From: Natator depressus
Taxonomy: Eukaryota
Assembly: GCF_965152275.1 (NCBI RefSeq)
Contig: NC_134246.1
Span: 34,468,151 to 34,532,150 of the forward strand
DNA length: 64,000 bases
Direction of reading: 5' to 3'
A program made the position numbers and the translations under genes. Of the stretch, positions 57,501 to 64,000 are shown one piece after another (the first letter of the stretch is position 1; each line of letters opens with the position of its first letter). Below the pieces are notes generated by a model. The model saw nothing but the letters and a program-made list of their open reading frames with translations, was not told the DNA's origin and did no database searches.

Positions 57501-60500
57501 CCCAGCAGCCGAAGCGGCCCCCACCCCCACAGCGCTGGCCCGGCTCAGCTCTTACCGCAGGGGGCGCCGCGCTCCGCTCGGACACCGCTCAGAGCCAGTG
57601 TCCCCGGGCCAGACTACTACTCCCGGCATGCCCCGCGCGGGACTGCAGCTCCCGGCATGCCCCGCGGGGCCTCCCCGCTCCTGTGCTGGGAGGGTGTATG
57701 GCCCTGTACCCCCAGACCTGCCATTGCACCCCAGCTCTCCCTGTGCACCTTCAGACCCTGTATCCCCAGCTCCCCGTGCACCCCAACTGTGCACCCCCCA
57801 TCCCATACCCCCAGCTCTGCTGTGCACTCCAGCCCCTCAGTATCGCAGCCCTGCCAGTACACCCCAGCTATCCCCAGGTAACCCCAGACCCTGCACCCCC
57901 AGTTCTGCCCCTGCATCCCAGCCCCTCTGTATCCCAATCCTACCAGCGCATCCAGTCCCTCTTCACCTCAGCTCCCTCTGTGCACCCCCAGACGCTGTAC
58001 CCCCATTGCTCCCCATGCACCCCCAGACCTGCCCCTGGCTACACCCCAACCTACTTCACAGCTCAGCCCCTGCACCCCCAGCCACTCTGTATCCCAGCCC
58101 TGCAAGTGCACCCCAGCTCTTCTCATGGACCCCCCCACCGCTGTATCCCCAGCTCTGCCACTGTACCCCAACATCCCTCTTCCTGCACTCCCCAAAGTAT
58201 TTGGGGAAAAATCTCCCTGTGAGTGGATCCTGGGAGGGGAGGGGCATTGGGAGCAGGGGGTAGGGAACAGGAGGAGAGGGATTTGGGGCTGCAGTGAGGA
58301 GAGGGGGGCTATGGGGAGGGAGATAAATGGGGTTGGGTGGCAGGGGAGGGGAGAGAGGTTGGGATTGGAGGTGTTGGGGAGGGGACACTGGGGAGAACAG
58401 GAGAAGGGGCAACTGTCAGCCCCACTTGCTCTCTGCTCCTGTGTGTGCTCCCAGATCTGAGGGGTCCAGCCCCTAGGTGGGACAGAGCCCCTCTCCCTGC
58501 CCCCCGACCTGTGTGTGCGGGGATTCAGGGCCCCCTTCACCCCTTTCTGGCCCCTCCCCCAGTGCCCTTTCCTCCCAGCCTGCCTGTTGAAGGGCCCTGA
58601 AGTCCCCATGCTAGGCTGGGTTTTCCAGCAATTTACCATCCTCATCTCACCAACAACTGCTGCCACCTGCTAGCGTGAGGCTGCCCACCGCCTGGACTGC
58701 GGCCACATAACCCCCATTGCGACGGCCTGCTCCAGGGGGCTGGAAGGAAGGTGGGGTGGGCAAGCTTTTGGTCTCTTCACCATGTTCCTGGACTCTTGGG
58801 GGCACAAGGGGGCTGGGAAAGGAGGGGAAGAGCTTTGTGCATCTCAGCCACCACGGGGCTCATGGTGGAGCACTACACTACCTGTGTTCATGGGGAGTCA
58901 CAGAATGAGGGCAGAGTTAAGGTGACGCAGGCACCCTTAACGGTGCATTTCCTGCTTTGGCCAGGTTTCGTTTGGCATGCTTCAGCATTCTGCAAAGGGA
59001 CAATCTGCTGCCAAGCAGCCTGAACTACGTGTAGATGCGGATTACGGAGAGCTGGGTGTGTGTGCACGGAGATGACAGCAGTGCAGGAAAGTTGCTACTC
59101 ACAGTTCTTCCCATAGTCCAACCCATTCCCCTCTGGGCTGCGATGAACAAAGGGTTAATGGCCAGCCTAGCCCATCCACGGCATGCTGGGAGGAGTAGTC
59201 CACCAGCAGCAGGGATGCTGGGAGTGATAGTTCTTGGCCACTTTCCTATTAGGGTTAGGGTGTGTCTTTCCAGGACACCTCTCTTCACATTGCAGGTTCG
59301 GGGTGGGATTCAGTCACGGCACAGGGGCTCGAAGGGAGATGCCAACTCACCCAGCCCCCCCACTCTAGCCACTGCACCTCACTCTCCTCCCTGAGCCAGG
59401 ATAGAACCCAGGAGTCCTGGCTCCCGGGCCCCCCCCCACTCTAACCACTAGACCCCACTCCCCTCCCAGAGTTGGCATAGAACCCAGGAGTCTTGGTGCC
59501 CAGCCTCAACTTCCATTGGATCCCAAAGCCTAGAGTGGATTTTGGGGACGAAGTGCAGAGGAGCCTGGGACACAGGTTATGTAGCAGCGGGGCCGGGGGG
59601 TTGCCCATCCCTGGGGGCAGGGAGAGTACTAGCCACTCAGGGCATCCCTGGGTCACTGAGCCACCTAATTCCCTCCCCCCATAGGGATTGGCACTGGGCA
59701 AGCCATGGGCGCAGGAGACTGGCGCCTCCTGCTAAACCAGCTTCGCCGAGACCAGAGCTGTGCCCCGGGCCGAATCCAGGACCCAAGGCGGTGGTGGGCC
59801 TGAGGGGTGCTGAGCCTGGGGACTGGGGCAGCCGGACTGAGACCCAATCTGCCTCCCTGTGGGCTGAGCTGTAGGGGTCCCTGGAGGGAGGGGTTGTTGG
59901 CTACCCAGCCAGATCTCTGCCTGTGGGGCTGGGGCAGGTGCCAGATCCGCTTCAGAGCAGCTTTCGAATCCCCATTACCTGGAACCTTGGCGCATATCTT
60001 GGGGGCACTGGGTCTGGTGCATGAGCCCAATTGGGGCCATTTGCCCAGGTGGTGCCTGAACTGCAGCCCCGCCCCACAAAACCAGCTTCTCTTACATTCC
60101 CAAGCTTTTCCCAGCATTGCTGGGCTGGGAGTTGAGGAGGAAACCCGGGCATTGCTCCTGGCATGGTGGGGGCCATGGCACGGAGGTTGCAAGTTGAAAC
60201 CTGCCCCTGGGTGGAGATCTGCCCGGGGCTCTTGGCGAATATTTATTCCGGGGAGATGTAAGCTGCACCCAGCGGGCAGTTCAGACAGGGCTCAAAGAGC
60301 TTTTGGGAAGCAATTGAAATGCCCCATGTGACCGCTGGCTGGAAGGGGGAGGTGAATTAGTGGGCAGAGCCCAGCCAGACCATCTCTTTCAATTCCCAAC
60401 CTGGGGAATCTCTGTGTGGTGTTATGTGCAGCTGTTCCCCAGCTGCCCCACCCCAGAGCTAGCTGCATTTCAGCATGGGGTGAACCACCCTCACGCAGGA

Positions 60501-63500
60501 ATCCCAAGCAAGGGGACAGCGCAGGGGACTCAGGGTGGCTTGGTGGGCTGTGATTCCTGCTCAGCATAGCCCCTTTCCACACACGGTCTGCACCCTGCCC
60601 CTCCACCGTCCCAGACACGAGTAGCAGTGAGTTCCACAGTCACACAGACTGATTTCCCCCTAACACCTACGGGCTCTCCTCTCCTGCATTAGAGTAATAC
60701 CACATGGATCCCTGGCATTGGCTGGTGGCCTATAGGGTATTGGGGTCCAGCTGCTGGGGTCCACACATAATACCAGAAGGGGGCAGTGCCAGAGGGCTGC
60801 TCCTGATCCGAGTGACACCAATGGCCCAAAATTCCCCCTCTGAGCCTGGCTGATAGCTCCCTCCTTGGGCCCTGCCTGCTGGGTGTGGAGGGCGGTGGGT
60901 ATGGCAAATGTAGCCCAGGAGAGAGGATGGGACACCTGCCCCTGAGATGCAGCCAGCTCTGGGATGGGGCACCTGGGGAACAGCCACATATAACACTGCA
61001 CAGGGATAGGATGACCCCCACCTCCCCTCCCCCCGCACCCCCCCAGGTTGTGGGCAATAAATCCGGCCCAGCTCTGGCACATCCATCCACCTGCAACTGC
61101 CCAGCTGACTTCCCCAGCTTCCTTCCCCATCCCCTGCTCCAGCGCGCATGCCCCCCAAAACACCCCCGGCATGCGTGGCTGGCCAGCTGCTGGTACAAAC
61201 CAGCATCACCCTATTGGCTGAAATGCTGCACTGGCCACAATCCACCACCTGGGCACCTGGCCCCATTGCCTCCAATGGAGTGACCCCATTGCAGGCAGGG
61301 CGTGACTCCGGATTGAGGCCACAGGGCTGGGAGCAGAATCCAGCCCTGTCCCACTGCTGTCGGGAGTAACTCTGGCTTGACCCCGGAGGCCTGAGATCAG
61401 CGTTCAGTCCTGTGCACAAGGAGATCTGGCTGGCATTTGTGAGTCGCTCTGCAGACAGATTTCAGCTACACCCTTTGGCCCATTGTCCAGATTTGCTCTG
61501 GATGTGCCCAGCCCGGCGGGTGATCCCTCCACTTGGCTTCCCGGAGCCCCTGGCCTCTCCAGCTCCACCTCAGACGTGTGGCTTCTCCCGGGGCCGGGGC
61601 CAAGGCCTCCCCACCCCACCCACGAGAATGAAACTCACCAGCACTGGGGAGGAATGGAAAGTGAAACCCAGGTGGGGGAACCTTCACTCCCCAGCCGGGC
61701 AACCAGGGAGGTTTCAATCTGCCCTGGCAGCTCCTCTGCCCAGCTGGGGAGGTGTGCGAGCCCAGAGAGGGCCGTGCGGGCAGAGGCTGGTGCAGCAGGT
61801 ATATGGGAGCGCCCGGGGTGGAGGGGGATTGGTACCCATGGAGCAGTGGAGCATCCGTTAGGGGCTGCTGGCACAGCCAGGGGCCAGGCACAGCGCTGGG
61901 GTTGGCACTGGCCACCCATTTCAGGCCCAGGGCAGAGGTGGCACTGGCTGGTCAGCACCCTGTGGAGGGGACATCTCTCCTCGTGCTCCCAGCCCCCCAC
62001 CCCTGCTCTAACCACTAGACCCCACTCCCCTCCCACACTCGGGGACAGAACCCAGGAGTCCTGGCTCCCAACTCCCCCCGCTCTAACCACTAGACCCACT
62101 ACACTCCCAGAATCAGGGATAGAACCCAGGAGTCCTGGATTGCAGCTCCCCTCCTTGAACCACTAGACCCCCACTCCTCTTCCTGAGCCCAGAATAGAAC
62201 CCAGGTGTCCAGGCTGCTGGTGCCCGCTCTAACCACCACCCGGCACTGTCTCTAGCAGAGCTCCAAGACCAGGCGTGGGCCCTGAGCTGTGCCTGGCCCC
62301 TCTCCGCTGCTGCGGGCCGCGCTGTCAACCTGCCGGGCGCTCCGAGCCACAATGGGACCTGTCTTGGCTGTCTGGGGACGACTCTCAAGCAAGCTTGGTG
62401 CACCGGTGGCCCTCGGGGGCAGAGCTGGGAGGTGCCTCCAGCCCCCCACCAGCGACACCAAGGCCCGGGAGGGGGCCAAGCTGTGCCCTGAGGGGCCTGT
62501 GGCGAGGACGGAGCCAACCCCCCACCGGGGCCCACAGGGAGCTTCCCTGGGAGACCGATGCACAGAGACCTTGTTCATCACGCTGCCAGAGATGGACCTG
62601 TGGGAGCAGCTTTCGGGGGTCCTGGCAACCTCCCTCTGGCAGGTGATGGCCAGAGGGCACTGCCAGGGGGATGCCGGTGTAACCCTTCTGCCCGTCAGAG
62701 TTGGCAGCAACAAGGGCCGGGTTCAATATCTAGGGGATCCATTCCAATAACACAATGCAAACCGGCTGGAGCCCCCACCCAGTGACCTGGGACAAATATA
62801 TACCACCCCCGCTGGGCGCCTCCAAGAGGCAATACTTCCCCTCTCGCAAGTACATAGTCTGAGTGTAGCAAAAAGCCTTTTAATAACAGAGAGAAACAAT
62901 GTGGCATTATGTTGGGGAAACACCACCAACAGGATTCATAACACAACCCATGAGCAAAAAAACCCACCCCAAGCAAATTGGGGCATGCCCCTTTCCCTTT
63001 GGTTCTTGAGTCCAGCAACCCCAAATCACCCAAAGTCCCAAAAGTCCAATGACCCAAAAGTCTCTGTCCCTGGTCAGGGCAGCCCCAGAGTTCGAAAGTT
63101 TATCTGCAGAGCTTTACCTCCCAGCCTGGGTGGAGATGGGACGGGGGTAAGAGGCACCTTACATGATCTGAAGCTGACCACCCCACAGCTCCATAGGCCT
63201 TCGCTCTGCTCCGCCAGCCGCCCCACAAACTCCTTTGCTCAGCTCCGCTCCCCACCAGCAGCTCCCGCCGTCCCACAAACTGCTCCGCATCCCACCAGCA
63301 GCTCCCGCCGTCCCACAAACTGCTCCCCCAGCCTGTCCACAAGGCACTCCAGCCATCCCGCAAACTGCTCCACAATATATCTTCAGGCTCCCCCACTACT
63401 TAACACAATGCTCAGTGATTTCAGCTCTTAGTCAGTTCAGCTCTTTGGTGAATTCAGCTTGTAGTAGGGGAGCCTCAGTGCTGGTGCACCATTAGCCCAA

Positions 63501-64000
63501 AGTGAGCTCAGCAGCCTGTAACTAGGCTCCTAATGGAATCAAAATTAGCTCTGATATTCCACAGTGGAGAGAGGAAGAAATGCAATTAGCATGTAAGGCC
63601 TTCACCAAGGGGGCCCATGCCACCAAGCACTAATACTTAGCCCCAACCTCTCTCAATTCACAGAGTTTTGGAACCCATGACCCTTGCCTAGCGAGTGCTA
63701 CTTAGTTGATGGTGAGTCCCTCCACCATAACAAAAGGCCAAGTACAGTTCCAAGCACAGTTCCCATAATCAGGGTAATAACAATTTATGCTTCCTGCCCC
63801 AGTAACAGAGACACTGGGGATCCCACAGCAGCCAAAGTGACCATTTGGGCAGCTATGGCCTCAGTCTAGGCGGGGTGGGTGTGCCTATGCAAATGAGATT
63901 GGCCCCTGAAGTTTTTTTCCACAACTTGCCACACCTCACCACCAGATGTCAGGGTGGAGCTCATCCTGACACTGCTTACACCGGCATCCTGGCCCTCTCC

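Noticed and set aside
58700-64000. A search for CCNB1IP1/HEI10, the next gene beyond RPPH1 in human, or any other coding gene
   Set aside because: There are no ORFs with a recognisable RING motif (CSHIFC) or other domain. The region appears to be repeats and an unclassified TE-like AT-rich sequence at 62700-64000.

Overview
GC-rich vertebrate genomic DNA, not prokaryotic. The interspersed repeats (tRNA-Glu-like SINEs carrying 'GGTCTAGTGGTTAGAGC…CCAGGACTCCTGGGTTC', a CR1 LINE fragment, and the palindromic 'CTTGTGGCACCTTAGAGACTAAC' repeat) point to a sauropsid, probably a turtle. That species call is an inference, not something the sequence proves. Five protein-coding genes are supported by exon-by-exon protein similarity that I read directly from the six-frame translations. 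(1) SLC12A3, the NCC Na-Cl cotransporter: minus strand, CDS ~558-12206, more than 20 exons. (2) A BTB-BACK-Kelch gene that is KLHL33-like by synteny: plus strand, 4 coding exons, 15651-19173. (3) TEP1, telomerase-associated protein 1 with TROVE, NACHT and WD40 parts: plus strand, about 53 exons, 20244-43738. (4) PARP2: minus strand, about 18 exons, 44173-51799, lying tail-to-tail with TEP1 with the two stop codons ~430 bp apart. (5) A single-exon 13-finger C2H2 zinc-finger gene: minus strand, 55430-56803. KLHL33-TEP1-PARP2 is the conserved mammalian chr14q11 block. Most notable: the PARP2 reading frame continues in phase upstream, through canonical splice sites, into two exon sets that encode tandem WWE (poly-ADP-ribose-binding) domains plus a basic MSRKRR N-terminus. 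Mammalian PARP2 is not known to have such an N-terminal extension. Other points: three consecutive WD40 exons of TEP1 each carry a 1-nt frame disruption. An H1/RPPH1-style compact pol III type-3 promoter (octamer-PSE-TATA) sits where mammals have RPPH1, but I cannot recognise an RNase P RNA downstream of it. Introns and intergenic DNA are packed with SINEs, a MITE-like element with terminal inverted repeats, degenerate telomere-like repeats and many 36-66 bp minisatellites. No CRISPR arrays, rRNA genes or bona fide tRNA genes were identified. Exon coordinates were worked out by hand and may be off by 1-2 nt.
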